Below are positions 37,764-49,390 of a stretch of 64,000 nt of DNA, piece by piece. This stretch comes from Amphiscolops sp. MND2022 (lineage: Eukaryota). How positions within the stretch are numbered: the first letter of the stretch is position 1; the number at the start of each line of letters is the position of its first letter. The position numbers and the translations under genes were made by a program. Where the stretch lies: NCBI GenBank assembly GCA_964187785.1, contig OZ076409.1, positions 83,454,001 through 83,518,000 on the forward strand, written 5' to 3'. The notes under the pieces were generated by a model. It was not told where the DNA came from and did not search any database. It saw only the letters and a program-made list of their open reading frames with translations.

Positions 37764-40516
37764 TTATTCAGGAGGAAAACGGCAAGAAGAATAAACTTTG
37801 ACAGGACTGTCAGAGGGGTCGAAAATATTATTAACAGAAGTTAAAGGGATGTCATTAGTTTTAATTGGTGGCGGGGTAGGAGGATAAAGTTTTGTAGATT
37901 GCCATAGGTTATGCATGGGGGAATCATTTGAAGAATTATCACAATTGGTGTCATCAAGAGGAGGAGAATTATGTAAATATAAAGAGGAAGTTAATGAAGG
38001 TATTTGAGGAGGTCGAGGAGACAAATTATTATGAGATGAAAGGTGAGAATTATAATGTGGGGGTGGGAGTAAATGATCTTCAGTATTAGGGGGAGTAGAA
38101 TGTGGAATAGGAGAAGAAATAGGTTTACTTGGAGAAGAATTAGGTGAAAATCTTTGCATTGGAGTTTTGTTTTTTAAATTAAGGAGTTTCGTTTTAATAT
38201 TCGTATGGTATTTGGGTGGACGAGGTTTGGGACTAGAAGATAGGGTATGGGTTTTTGCCAATGGGGAGTGGGGGGAATCTGAATCGTTAGGATCTGATGG
38301 TGAATTGGATGATTTGATCATAGCAGTCATCATTGTTTGGGTAATGGTTCCAAAGAAACCAAAGCCTAAAGCAGTAAGTACAGAGATTTGTTTTTTAAGC
38401 AAATTTCGAACAGTAAATGAACGATAAATACTAAAGAGTGTATTGAAAGCAAATTGTAGGAAGAGGGCGGTAGAGAAATAAATTCCACATTGGGTTAAAA
38501 TATAGCATGGGTAGCCAAAAAGTTTTATGAAAGCATCGGTGAACCAATCAGGTGAAAAAAATGGAGTTAAGTTAAACATATAGTCATGAAGACCAATTCG
38601 GAGTGAACGGTAAGGATTATCAGGGAATGAATTATCTGATTGTTGATTCATGAATTCATAGCTAATAGCTTTTCCAAGGAGTTGAAGAGTGTTATCAGAG
38701 TGTTTAGTAAATAAAACACGATTCCAAAAATGTTTCAATTCTTTTTGAGAATAGATTCCAGCATCTTGAGCGGTAAAGGTGTTAGGACTAATAGCAGTTT
38801 GAATTTGAGTTGGTTCAAAAAGAAGAGGAGGATCTTTTTTAATAGGTTGTGGAGTTAAAACATAATATTGATCGGTATCAGGGTCAAGAGATATTACATT
38901 TTGAGGGTTATTTTCACAAGGGATTTGATTAGCATACTCAAAAGTTTGATGTGTAATAGGGTCTACATACATGACGGTGTCAAGATAATTAACAGGAATT
39001 TTGTCATAGCATTGGTCTGCAATATAAAGAGGTGAAAGATGACGAGGGCAGTCGTATAGCCAGGCAGTAGAGCCTTCGACATATAAAAAGTTACTACGGT
39101 TTTGAGTTAAGAGAAAACCAGCAAGTTGTGGATTTTTTACAGACATGGCGAGAATGGTTGAAAGTTGAGTTCTTTCAACTTCACATATAGTATGGAGGGT
39201 GTTAAGTTCGGCAACAGACATGCTTTTAAATACATGATTTATAGAATAGTCAATTTTTGTATTAATATGGGCTTCATAGTCAATAGTGGCAAAATTATTG
39301 GAAGAATTTAAAGCAGGGAAAAGAAATTTATTTTGGGTATGAATTAATTTTCCAGATATTAACTGGGTAGTAAGTTGATTATATTGTTCATTTTGCGGTA
39401 GTTGAAGAGGATTGGGTTTACCAGTTTGCATATTAAATCCTTCTTTATATGTTATAAAAAGATCAGGATATTGAGTAAGATGTAAAGGAGTCGGTTTATT
39501 ACAAAACATTTTATTTTCAGGGAAAATTTCAAAACGAGAGAGACGGGTTTGAGATTTGGTATCATGATAAGGAGTATCGGTTGAAGTAGTAGAGGAGTGG
39601 TTATTAAAAAAGTGTTCAGTTTCAAGCCAATAGCGATTATTAAGTTTAGACATTCGGCCAATAAAAGAATGTATGGAAAATATTAAACAAAGGTCTTCAG
39701 GAAACCAAACAATGGTAAAGGTGTTAATATAGTCGGTTTGCAAAAACCATCATCATGGAGGCAGGGTAAGGTATGTCCATGGTAAATAAGTTTGTTATCT
39801 TTATCATCATAAGTAATTTCAATTTCTTTAACAATGAGAGACCAACTATCTTTTTCGATAATATATTCATAGCGATCCCAACAAACAGCTTTTTCTTTTA
39901 AGGTAGAATTTGAAACTAATTGGGAATTGCTTATCCAAGCAAAAGCACCATAGTGAAAGGTATTGAGTTTAGTAATACGAAAAGGAGGTTGTTTTGTTTC
40001 TAAAAGGCGTTGTTTTTGAATATCATTGAAAAATGTAAAAGAGTTGGAGTAATTAAAAGCATCAAGTTGAGGATTATTAGTACCATTTAAATGGCGAATA
40101 GCATGTTTGCATTCGGTAGGATCGAGAGTACGGGGGCGTTCCATAGTATTTTGGTGATAATCTGTACGATCATGGCGACGGTATTTGTAATCGGATTGAG
40201 CACAGACAAATTTTTCACGTTTAACATAGGCTTCACAAGTCCAGGCTTTAAGACGTTTAGCTTTAGCACGAACAAAAACATCAACTATAGCACGAGTACT
40301 TTCAAAAGCAGAAGGAGCTTGAGCACAAGGTTGGACTCTGGTAAGACTAAATTGTCTTAAATTGTGTTGTTTAGAACAGTCATAATGAGATACCAAGAGA
40401 TCCGATATATGAGGATCGTTGGGATCCACATGATCAGGAGAGGGAGTAATTTGGAAAGAAGCTAAGAATAAGGAGGAAAAGAAGTAAAAGAACGAGTGAA
40501 AAAAGAAAGAGAGCAT
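37764..40516 (-). CDS. env: Envelope glycoprotein, class III fusogen-like (herpes gB / chuvirus G type), split by one frameshift near 39720
   Basis: Hydrophobic signal peptide; HYDC..FSL..V.PC; CEVERTQL..ILAM...NP..AG.LL....EG...WLYDC...CYDKIPV...YVDPIT...IPC cysteine pattern; N-glycosylation sequons; C-terminal hydrophobic segments and a Pro/Ser tail. Confidence 0.8.
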
Positions 40517-40517
40517 G

Positions 40518-41831
40518 TTAAAATTGTGCAGTATATTTTAAAAACGTTAGGGTATTAAGAAAAGTGATTGAACCGTGTAGAAGACGGAAGGGGGGATGGT
40601 CGCTGACAAAAAGGTTAAGATTTGTGGTAATAAATGGATGAGGAAGGGATTTAAAATGAACTGTTGTATGTGAAGGAATAGGGTGGGGGCTTAAGTTATG
40701 GAATTTCACTGTAATTTCAAATTTGAGTTCTAAATTTGTATCTTCAAGACGAAGAAATTCTTTACGACGGCGTGTATCAGAGATGTGAGGATTTGAATTA
40801 AGTTTATGAGTTGCAAGGTAGAGAAAACGAGGGTCTTGGCGGGGGTTGTTAACAAGGGTGCTATTTACGATTAAAGGGTAATCTACACGATTAGGTGTAG
40901 GAGGAGTAGAGTATTGATCAGTAGTAAGGTCAATATTAAGTATATGGCTGTCAGATGAAAGAGTACTAGAGTTTTGAGAAGTGGGACGAGAGAAAAGGTG
41001 ACCAGTGTGAGTATAAGAGGAAATAGAAGAACGTTGAGAAAAGGCAGTGTCAATTCCAGAAGTTGGAGAATTTGCTGTTAGAGATTCGGAAGAAAGAGAT
41101 TGAGCGTGGTGACGTAAAAGAGAAGAGTTAGTACTTGCAAGAGAAGGGGAAAGACGACGATTATTACGAAGGTTATATCTATGACGAAGAGGTGGGCGAA
41201 GAGTAGATTCGGAGGTATTGTCGAGGAGGTTATCTAAAGAAGAAGTGGTGTATTTAGAGGCGGAATTTGAAGGAGGAAGACGAGGATAGAGGAGAGAGCA
41301 AGTAGTTGAATCAACTTCACTTAAATCAGATTTCTTTTGAAGAGAATCAAGGGATTCGAGAGCAGGAATTTTCAGTGGTTTAGTTAAGGGGAGTGAAGAT
41401 TTAGAAGAAGTATGAGAACAAGGTGGAGGAATGGAAAAGGAATGATCTAATTGGGAACGTCTACGGAAAGATTTTATGGAAGTAGGTATAAGAGTTGATT
41501 TGGGAATGTTTGGATTATTAATATTACGTAGGAGAGTAGGATTAATATCGCTAGGGTCAGGGATATGAAAGGAAGGAGGGGGAGAATGGGCAGGGGTTAT
41601 ATCAAAAGGGAATTCAGTATCAGAAAGTGGGAGAGTTAAAGAAGTTTGAGTATGTTGAGGAACAGAAGTTTTAATAGGAGTGTGACTTGGGGTGTTAACA
41701 GGGGTGGTATCTAAAGAGGGGGTGATTGGTATAGGATTTAGGGGTGGTTGTTGAGGAGTTGGTAAAAAACTTTGTGATGAAGGTATAGTATCACTTGAAA
41801 CAGAAGAAGAAGGTTGAGAGGAATCAGACAA
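40518..41831 (-). CDS. Accessory ORF between integrase and env, ~437 aa, S/P/T-rich; track start is a non-ATG codon
   Basis: Long open frame ending TAA-C-ATG directly against the env start. Confidence 0.55.
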   Translation of the reverse strand: MSDSSQPSSSVSSDTIPSSQSFLPTPQQPPLNPIPITPSLDTTPVNTPSHTPIKTSVPQHTQTSLTLPLSDTEFPFDITPAHSPPPSFHIPDPSDINPTLLRNINNPNIPKSTLIPTSIKSFRRRSQLDHSFSIPPPCSHTSSKSSLPLTKPLKIPALESLDSLQKKSDLSEVDSTTCSLLYPRLPPSNSASKYTTSSLDNLLDNTSESTLRPPLRHRYNLRNNRRLSPSLASTNSSLLRHHAQSLSSESLTANSPTSGIDTAFSQRSSISSYTHTGHLFSRPTSQNSSTLSSDSHILNIDLTTDQYSTPPTPNRVDYPLIVNSTLVNNPRQDPRFLYLATHKLNSNPHISDTRRRKEFLRLEDTNLELKFEITVKFHNLSPHPIPSHTTVHFKSLPHPFITTNLNLFVSDHPPFRLLHGSITFLNTLTFLKYTAQF

Positions 41832-42196
41832 AAATACAGTAAGATCCAGGATGGAAACAAAATGAAAGTTTATTGGGGTTGTTTTAGAAAATAGAAATTT
41901 GTGCGGTGTTAAAAGAGAGAGGGTTAAATATGAAGGGATAGAGAAAGATTATTATTGAGAGGAGAGGAATTATTGAAGAAAGGTTTGAGAAAATTTAAGA
42001 CTTATTATTTTTTATGAAATCAAGTTTTTATTAGAGCAACCGTTCAGCTAAATTCAGCAATATAAAGTGAAGAAAGGTGTATAAGAGACAATTACTAATG
42101 ACATTGTCATAATTAAATTGTCATTCGTCAGACTGTATTAGAAGTCTAGACTAACGTCAGTATAGAAGGGTAGGAAATTCAATTAAAATTGAATAT

Positions 42197-43900
42197 TTAA
42201 TCAGGGGGGAAAATTGATGTTTGGTTTGGTGGGATTATATTGTCGGGGGGAAGTGAACGTAGATTATAAGGAGAGTGAGGAGCTCGTGTGTAAGTAGTTT
42301 CATTTGGAGAATTAGGTATATCTAGAGGATCAAGTGAAGGAGATGATGATGAAAGATTTGAAGAATCAGCAATACGAGGAAAGAATTGGGGGAAAGAATC
42401 ATTTGAGGAATGGGAATAATAAATTGGATTAGGAAGCATTTCAGAGTCAGAGTCTTGAGAGTCAAAAGTAGTGTCAAGGGTATTGCGAAAAGAAGGAGAG
42501 GAATGTAAAGAGTTTTCGTTAGTAGGAGTAGAAGGGGGAATATTATGTAAGTTATCTAGTGAAGAAGAATACCTGGAAAGGTTTTGATATGTAGGGATGG
42601 AAGTGGGGGTATGGTTATGCTTGTTATGATTCGAAGATGTAAGAGTTTGAGACTGATTTGAGGTTTGGAGTGGTTCTAAGGAGGAAAAGCGAGAGAAGGT
42701 ATCTTGGTAAGATTCAGTATCAGGATTATTAATAAGGGAAGGAGTAGAGTAGTAATGTTTAATATAGTGAAAAATTATAGGTTCTTTGGGATAATATGGT
42801 ATAATATGATTTCGATGGGTTTGAAAGGTAGAGCCGTCTTGAGAAAGGAGTTCATATGTCACTTCAGAAATATGGTTAATTATTTTATATGGGCCAATTC
42901 GAAGAGGTTTGAGCTTTTTTGAAAAATTAACAGGTTTAAAATTAGTATGAATGACAAATGTATTAAGAGGTAATTGTTTCAGGTGAGTTGTTTCAAATGT
43001 AGAACTTTGAGAATTAAGTTTATGGTTTATATGACGATGGACAGTGGAATATATTTCTAACATTGCAGTCTCAGCTGCTAAAAGCCAGGAGGAGATAGGT
43101 TTTTCAAGAATTGAGTGAAAGAAGGGATTAAGATCTTGGGTGCTGTAATGGGAATGGGGGGAAGAGATTCACAATAAGTTGCGATACAATTTTTTGAAGC
43201 ATTACGAGGTAAGTTAAGAGAAAAGGTGAGAGGTATACGAGGATGAGTATGGAAAACAATCTGATAAGGAGAAAGTTTAAGTTGAGAAAGAGGTGTCGTA
43301 TTATGAGCATATGCATACATTTGTGTTTGAAATGACCAATTGGTAGGAGGATTTTGTAAAAAAGTTCGAAGATGAGTTCCAAGGTTTCGGTTTTGAACTT
43401 CAACTAAACCATTTGTCCAAGGAGAGTAAGGAGTTCGGGGTGAGTGATTAATATGAAAAAGAGAGCATAGATGAGCCATATCTTGATTTATATATTCAGT
43501 ACCTCGGTCTGTAACAAGATATTGAGGGGGACCAAATTTTGTGATCCAATGGTGGAGAAGAGTTTGAATAGCATATTTTGAAGTAATATGAGGAGCTGGA
43601 TTTGTAACAACAAAATGACTGAATGCATCTATGATGACAAAAATATAGGAGTTGTTTTGTGAAGATGGAGAAATAGGGCCTTTATTGTCCATAGAAATCC
43701 GGTAATTAAAGTGGGTAGCATTCTCATAAAAAGGAAGAGGAGGAGAAATGTTTTGAGGTTTAATAGGGAAATGCTTATTAGTTTGACATTCTATGCAGTC
43801 ATGGATGAAAATTGAGAACCATAAAGGTAAATGAGGGATGAAATAAAATTGATTAAATGTCTTAAGAGTTTTTCACCGGAATGACCATGAGAATGTGTTT
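42197..43900 (-). pseudogene. Integrase (HHCC, DDE, GPY/F) in three frames
   Basis: HSHGH...CIEC; RISMDNKGP, LVTDRGTEY, NGLVEVQN; LRIGPYKII. Frameshifts near 43865 and 43160. Confidence 0.88.
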
Positions 43901-46900
43901 TACTAAATGCAGCATAGAAAAGTTTGAATGGTAAGCATATACGTGTTTGGTTAATAGAGGGTTGAGTTTTAATAAAGATTTCTTCAAAAACCCGAGAAAT
44001 AGGAGTATAATATTGAATAAGATGAGAACTTGGATCAAGGTATAAATGTTGAAATTGTTTATAATATGTATATAAAAAGGAGTTAGCTTTAATAACTGGA
44101 GTCAAGGAATGAGGTCTTTGTTTTTGTTTTAACCATTTAAATACTGTAGAAAGGACAGGATCATCCTTTTGAGCTTGGAGTAAAATAGGTACTGTGAGAA
44201 ACGTGTCAGAAGGAAGGAAGAAATTATCAAATGCTTTACGATGAGCAAAGAAGGAGGGGTCAAAAAATGGTAAAGATTGAGTGTGTGTGGTTTTTGGAGT
44301 AGTTTGAGTTATAGCATTATTTTCAATAGTACTATTAATAATAGGAGAGGAATTGGTAAAGTTGGTTAGGATGTCTTGAGACAAATTGATATCATTGAAA
44401 TAATGGTGTTGTATTTCGGTAAAAAGAGTGTGAAGTTCATGAGATGGTTGGGACTGCTGATGAGGAATACGTTTAAGAACAGGATCGTCTGTTTCGTATA
44501 AGTCAGTTTCATTTAAAAGGGGGTTTTCTTGAAGTAAGGTTTTGACTTTATTTTTGACAGGTTTTTTGTATTTTTTCAGGAATGAAGAAACAGATTGAAA
44601 TGAAAAGGAATCTAAAGGAGTGTATTTAACAACATTGCCTTTATCTTGTATACGAAGTGTGAATTGATCATCACCGTAATCAGCTAAAATTAGGTGTGAA
44701 TCATTTTTTTGTGTAGGAAGAACATCTTCATGTTTTACGAGGTAATGAATAGGTTGTAAAATATTGTTATTTTTAAGTTGAAGAAAATCAATATGAGGAG
44801 GAAGAGTTTTGTGTTGAAGTTGGCATGTTTGGGTATTAATAGTCGAAAAATCTCTACTAAGCATATCTGCAACAGTAAGATTTGTACCGGCTGTGTGGAT
44901 TATTTGTAAATTTGAAAATTTGGTTAATAACATTTGAGCTTTATATTGTCTAGGAGTTAGATTACCTTTACGGGTGAAAAGGAAAAGAATAGGATTGTGA
45001 TCTGTAAAAATAGTTATTGGAAATTTGGAGCCAATGATAATAAATTCATATTGAGAAAGAGCAAAGGTAATAGCGCAAAGTTCTCTATCATAGGTAGAAA
45101 GTTTTTGTTCTTGGGTTGTTAAAATACGAGAATTATAAGAAATTATTTGCATTTTATTTTTGGAGTTTGGTTGAAATAAAACTGCACCTAGGCCTATTAA
45201 AGAGGCATCGACAGTTATATAAAACGGATGAGTTGTATTTGGGATAGCAAGTTCTGCTTCTTTAGAAAGAGAAAGTTTGATTTGGTTAAAAAGTTTATCT
45301 AAATCGGGGGTCCATTCGAATGGAATATCATCATGGAGAAGAGTGTAAAAGGGTTTTAAAGAGATGTGTAATTTGTTGATGAACTTGGAGTAAAAATTCA
45401 TTGATCCAATAAAGCGCATTAATTCAGTTTTTGAAGTAGGAGTTTTTAAATTGTGAAGAGCATCAACTTTGGAAGAGATAGGTTTAATTGTATTATTACC
45501 GATTTCATGTCCAAGAAATTTGACGGTGAGGAGGATATAGAAAGATTTTTCAGGAGCAATTTTAAGATTATTTGTTTGACAAATTTGATGAAGTTGTTCA
45601 ATTAAGGTTAACATATGTGGTTTTGTATGTGCGAGGAGAAGGATATCATCTATATAAACTAATGCAAAACCTTGGTCAATAAGTTTTTGAAAGAATGAAT
45701 ACATTTGTTTGGTGAAGAAATTTGGTAAGCCTTTAAGGCCATAAAATCCACGGGTGAAAGCGTAAAGTTTGTCACCAGAAGAGAAACTTGTTAAAGTTAT
45801 AGTCTCTTCATCTAAAGGAGCGTGGGCATAAGCGTACATAAGGTCAATAGCGGATTTGAATTTTTTGTTAGCACGTGCAAGTTGGGGGGCTAGTGGTTCA
45901 ATAGGCCAAGATTCGAAAGATTGATCGGTGTTTGAATTAAGATGGCGTGCGTCTAAAACGACTTTAATAGTATCTCCCTTAGGGATAATAATAAGGGGGT
46001 TTAAAAATGTAGTACCATAGATGGATTTGTCAGAATGTGTGGAACCAATTTGACGAATAATATTGTGTTTTTCTAATTCATCAAGGAGTGTTTTTAATTT
46101 TTCTCTATAGTGAATAGGAACTTTGGTAGGTCTTTGAGTTTGAAGTTTAGCATTAGGTTTAAGACGAATTCTAAAAGGAGTAGCTATTCGGCCAACATCA
46201 TTTTTATGTGTAGCGTAGCATGATCGATATTTAACAAGAATGGAGCAAAGTTGTAAATATTCTTCATCAGTTACATCAGAGTATTGAAATTTAAATTTAT
46301 GAAGGAATTGTTGAGTGTCTGGTGAATATGGTAATGGTGGAAGAGGTCGGGTTAAAATTTGAGAAGGTTGCAAATTGTTTATTTCAATTTGAGGGTTTCG
46401 AAGAGAAGAACGTCGGCGAGGAGGTTTTGGTTCAGAAAGATCAGGATAATATGAATGAAATACAGTGTGTATTAAAGAGTTAACATCATTAACTTTGTAA
46501 TGAGTTGGTTGAATATTAGTGGCTGGAACTTCAATGTATCCAATAGATCCAGGGGCAAGAATGGCAGAATGATGTGTGATATTTTGAATAATCACAGAAC
46601 AACTGGAAGGTTCGGTATTAGTATTTTGATATACTTGGAGGAAATTAAAGGTGGAGTTGAAGCGTGTGTTAAAAAATGGATGGGATGTGGAAGGAAAAAT
46701 AACTTCATTATCGGAAGTTTTAAATGTTAAAGGAAGTGTTGGTTGAATTGGAAAGTGAATAATTTGAGAAGCATTTGGTTTAAAATAAACTTTATTTTTA
46801 ACATTGATGGTGTATATGTAAGAAAAATATGGATAATCTTTTTCTTTATGAGCCGTAAAAGGGAGAGTATTGATACGAGATTCATGTGGGGTATTGAATG

Positions 46901-47255
46901 TTAATGACATGCTTTCAATATTGAGGGTTTTAACATATTTTTCAAAGAAGGGAGTTCCAAGGATATTATATTTAATATTTGCAACTGCAAAAGGAATAAC
47001 AAGGGTACGAGTATTTCCTTGGAGGGAGGTATGAAGTGTAAGTATAAGATTATGGAGAATAGGTACTTCAGATTTATTGGCAACAGTTAAAGTTTTATAT
47101 TCATTTTGAGATGGGGAGTGTTTTGAACATTTTAAAAAATGATCGGCTAAAATGGTGAAGGTGGGTAAATTTAAAACACAAATGGATGCTCCACTGTCAA
47201 GTAAGAATAATAGTTCTAATTTAGAGGGAATAGAGGTATCTTCCTTGGGTTTAAA
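43791..47255 (-). CDS. pol: Pol: aspartic protease, RT, RNase H and a long linker
   Basis: LLDSGAS and ILGTPF protease motifs lie upstream of and in frame with ORF 46910; AIDLMYAY and YIDD (RT); VDAS..DRELCA..TDH..ADMLSR (RNase H). Confidence 0.92.
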   Translation of the reverse strand, partial: FKPKEDTSIPSKLELLFLLDSGASICVLNLPTFTILADHFLKCSKHSPSQNEYKTLTVANKSEVPILHNLILTLHTSLQGNTRTLVIPFAVANIKYNILGTPFFEKYVKTLNIESMSLTFNTPHESRINTLPFTAHKEKDYPYFSYIYTINVKNKVYFKPNASQIIHFPIQPTLPLTFKTSDNEVIFPSTSHPFFNTRFNSTFNFLQVYQNTNTEPSSCSVIIQNITHHSAILAPGSIGYIEVPATNIQPTHYKVNDVNSLIHTVFHSYYPDLSEPKPPRRRSSLRNPQIEINNLQPSQILTRPLPPLPYSPDTQQFLHKFKFQYSDVTDEEYLQLCSILVKYRSCYATHKNDVGRIATPFRIRLKPNAKLQTQRPTKVPIHYREKLKTLLDELEKHNIIRQIGSTHSDKSIYGTTFLNPLIIIPKGDTIKVVLDARHLNSNTDQSFESWPIEPLAPQLARANKKFKSAIDLMYAYAHAPLDEETITLTSFSSGDKLYAFTRGFYGLKGLPNFFTKQMYSFFQKLIDQGFALVYIDDILLLAHTKPHMLTLIEQLHQICQTNNLKIAPEKSFYILLTVKFLGHEIGNNTIKPISSKVDALHNLKTPTSKTELMRFIGSMNFYSKFINKLHISLKPFYTLLHDDIPFEWTPDLDKLFNQIKLSLSKEAELAIPNTTHPFYITVDASLIGLGAVLFQPNSKNKMQIISYNSRILTTQEQKLSTYDRELCAITFALSQYEFIIIGSKFPITIFTDHNPILFLFTRKGNLTPRQYKAQMLLTKFSNLQIIHTAGTNLTVADMLSRDFSTINTQTCQLQHKTLPPHIDFLQLKNNNILQPIHYLVKHEDVLPTQKNDSHLILADYGDDQFTLRIQDKGNVVKYTPLDSFSFQSVSSFLKKYKKPVKNKVKTLLQENPLLNETDLYETDDPVLKRIPHQQSQPSHELHTLFTEIQHHYFNDINLSQDILTNFTNSSPIINSTIENNAITQTTPKTTHTQSLPFFDPSFFAHRKAFDNFFLPSDTFLTVPILLQAQKDDPVLSTVFKWLKQKQRPHSLTPVIKANSFLYTYYKQFQHLYLDPSSHLIQYYTPISRVFEEIFIKTQPSINQTRICLPFKLFYAAFSKTHSHGHSGEKLLRHLINFISSLIYLYGSQFSSMTA

Positions 47256-49390
47256 AAAAATAAATTAACAAACCAAGTGGAAGGTGTGAGAGCATTAGCA
47301 TGTTCAGTAGAAGTCGAAGAAGATTGAGGGAATGGAGGATTAGGGTAGTACATGTTTATTTCAAAATGAGTTTGTGAAGGGGAGTTGCCTGGAATGGGTG
47401 GTGTAGACGGATGTGTAAGATTTAAGGAAGGTTTATATTGAGATGGAGTGGGGTGATTTGAATTTGAATGAGATCGGCTACGATAACGATCATGGCGTGG
47501 TTTAGAAGGAGGACGATAAGGAGAGGTGTATCTGTTAAAGGTAGAAGTATTAAAGTTGGAGCCACGTTCACGAGAACGGGGATAATATTTAGATGGGCTA
47601 CGAGAAGAATTAGAGTTATAATATGTTCGTGAAGAAGAATATGGTTTGTAAGAATTTTGATGGTAATGTTTGTCATATCTAGATCTATCACGATTATGAG
47701 AAGGGGAATATGTACGAGAGGATGTTTTATAGTTGTATCTAGAGCGTGAATGTGAACGTGAATTAGAACGAGAATGGTAGCGATTGTCGCGAGAGGATCT
47801 GCGAGATGAAGTACTATGACTTCGACTACGGTATCGAGGATAACGAGATTTATTTGAAGGAGTTTTAAAATGTTGATAAAAGGTAGGAGTTGGAGATCGA
47901 GATTGTGGTTTCGATTCTTTGAGTAAATTAAGGCGACGAAAGCAAGTTGAAACAGAGTGATTATTTTTACGGCAAAAGGAACAATATTTTTTAAATTGAG
48001 GTTTGGATTTATTGTTCGGATCAATGACTTGAACGTGTGGAGGTTCTGAAGGAGGATCTTGAATATTTGTATTTTGTTGAAAAGTGGTAGATAAATTGTT
48101 TATTTCAAGTGAAAGTTCTTGAGTTTTAATTTTTTCAAGAGTAATATCTTCGGAATCGACCATATTGACAAGAGAGTGAAAAGGAATTGACGGTTCTAAA
48201 GAACTGGAAATATGTTTAACTTGACGTTTGTTGGCAAAGTCTTTTAGTTTTTTTGGAAGACCACGAGTGAAAATTTCATTGCATTTAAGGTTAATAGTGG
48301 ACGGATATTCATTGTACCATCCTTGTTTACCAAGTGTTTCTACTTTAAGAGCAAAGTGACGGACATTTTCATTATCTTTTTTAACAAGGGAAAGAGCTTC
48401 AATTTGAGCATGGTATGCACGTTTTTGAGAATAAAATTGTTTCTTAAAAATTTGGAGGAAAGATGACCAATCATCTTTATAAACTTGGGGAAGGCGATCA
48501 AACCAATTAGAAGCAGTTCCTGTGAGGGAACAATATAAGAGAGACATTCTACGAGAATGCCATGTTAAATAAGAGTGGAGATCAACAGGTTGAGGACCAA
48601 GTTGAAATGTTACTCGAGCACTAAGATGTGCTAAGAATTTTTCAGGAGGATAAGTATGGTCAAGGCCATCAAACAGTTTAATGGGATCAGAGAGTGCAGC
48701 AAAAGGGACAGAAGGGGTGGTGGGAAAAGGAGGAGATGGTTGAAGAGAAGAAGAGTTGAAAGGTATTGTTGAAGTGGAAAGAGGAGGTTGAGGGGGGTTA
48801 GGAGGAGGTTGGTGAGAGTTAGTGGGGAAATTTTGAAAAGCTGGATGAAGAGAAACATAAGGATTATATGGATTGGGTTGGGTAGTAGAAGAAGAAGTTT
48901 GAGAAATAGAAGAGATTGGGGGATGTGGAGGAAAAGATTGAGTATGAAGAGTATTATTGAAAGAAAGGGGAATGGGGGGTAATGTGGGAATGGAAGAGGT
49001 AGGGAGTGAAACTGAGTTGGGGGAAACAGCAGGTGGAGTGTTAGAAGGTGTGTTATATTGATTCGGAGAGTTGGAAGAAGAGAGGTTTTCATTATTTAAG
49101 GTGACTTGAGAAGTAGAAGTAGGATTATATTGATTATTAAGAGAGATGGGATTTGTTAGAGCATTTGAAGATGAAGGAAGAGTTTGAAGAGATGTTGGAA
49201 GTTGTATCAGTTGAGGGAGGTAGGTAAGATTGTTGAGTATAAGGACGAATAGGAGAGGGAAGGTTAAGACTTTTATCAAGACTATTGGAGTCATAGGCAA
49301 GATATTGAAAATGAGAGGATGGAAAATCAAGGAGATTATAATACTGTTGGTGTTGGCTATCAGAATTAATAATAAAAGGTAAAAGTTCAT
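47216..49390 (-). CDS. gag: Gag: Pro/Ser-rich N-part, capsid, CCHC knuckle, long Arg/Ser-rich tail
   Basis: IKLFDG...LTGTASNWF...W..F...FKKQF capsid pattern; CSFCRKNNHSVSTC; RSRS repeats. Confidence 0.88.
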   Translation of the reverse strand: MNFYLLLLILIANTNSIIISLIFHPLIFNILPMTPIVLIKVLTFPLLFVLILNNLTYLPQLIQLPTSLQTLPSSSNALTNPISLNNQYNPTSTSQVTLNNENLSSSNSPNQYNTPSNTPPAVSPNSVSLPTSSIPTLPPIPLSFNNTLHTQSFPPHPPISSISQTSSSTTQPNPYNPYVSLHPAFQNFPTNSHQPPPNPPQPPLSTSTIPFNSSSLQPSPPFPTTPSVPFAALSDPIKLFDGLDHTYPPEKFLAHLSARVTFQLGPQPVDLHSYLTWHSRRMSLLYCSLTGTASNWFDRLPQVYKDDWSSFLQIFKKQFYSQKRAYHAQIEALSLVKKDNENVRHFALKVETLGKQGWYNEYPSTINLKCNEIFTRGLPKKLKDFANKRQVKHISSSLEPSIPFHSLVNMVDSEDITLEKIKTQELSLEINNLSTTFQQNTNIQDPPSEPPHVQVIDPNNKSKPQFKKYCSFCRKNNHSVSTCFRRLNLLKESKPQSRSPTPTFYQHFKTPSNKSRYPRYRSRSHSTSSRRSSRDNRYHSRSNSRSHSRSRYNYKTSSRTYSPSHNRDRSRYDKHYHQNSYKPYSSSRTYYNSNSSRSPSKYYPRSRERGSNFNTSTFNRYTSPYRPPSKPRHDRYRSRSHSNSNHPTPSQYKPSLNLTHPSTPPIPGNSPSQTHFEINMYYPNPPFPQSSSTSTEHANALTPSTWFVNLFFLNPRKIPLFPLN

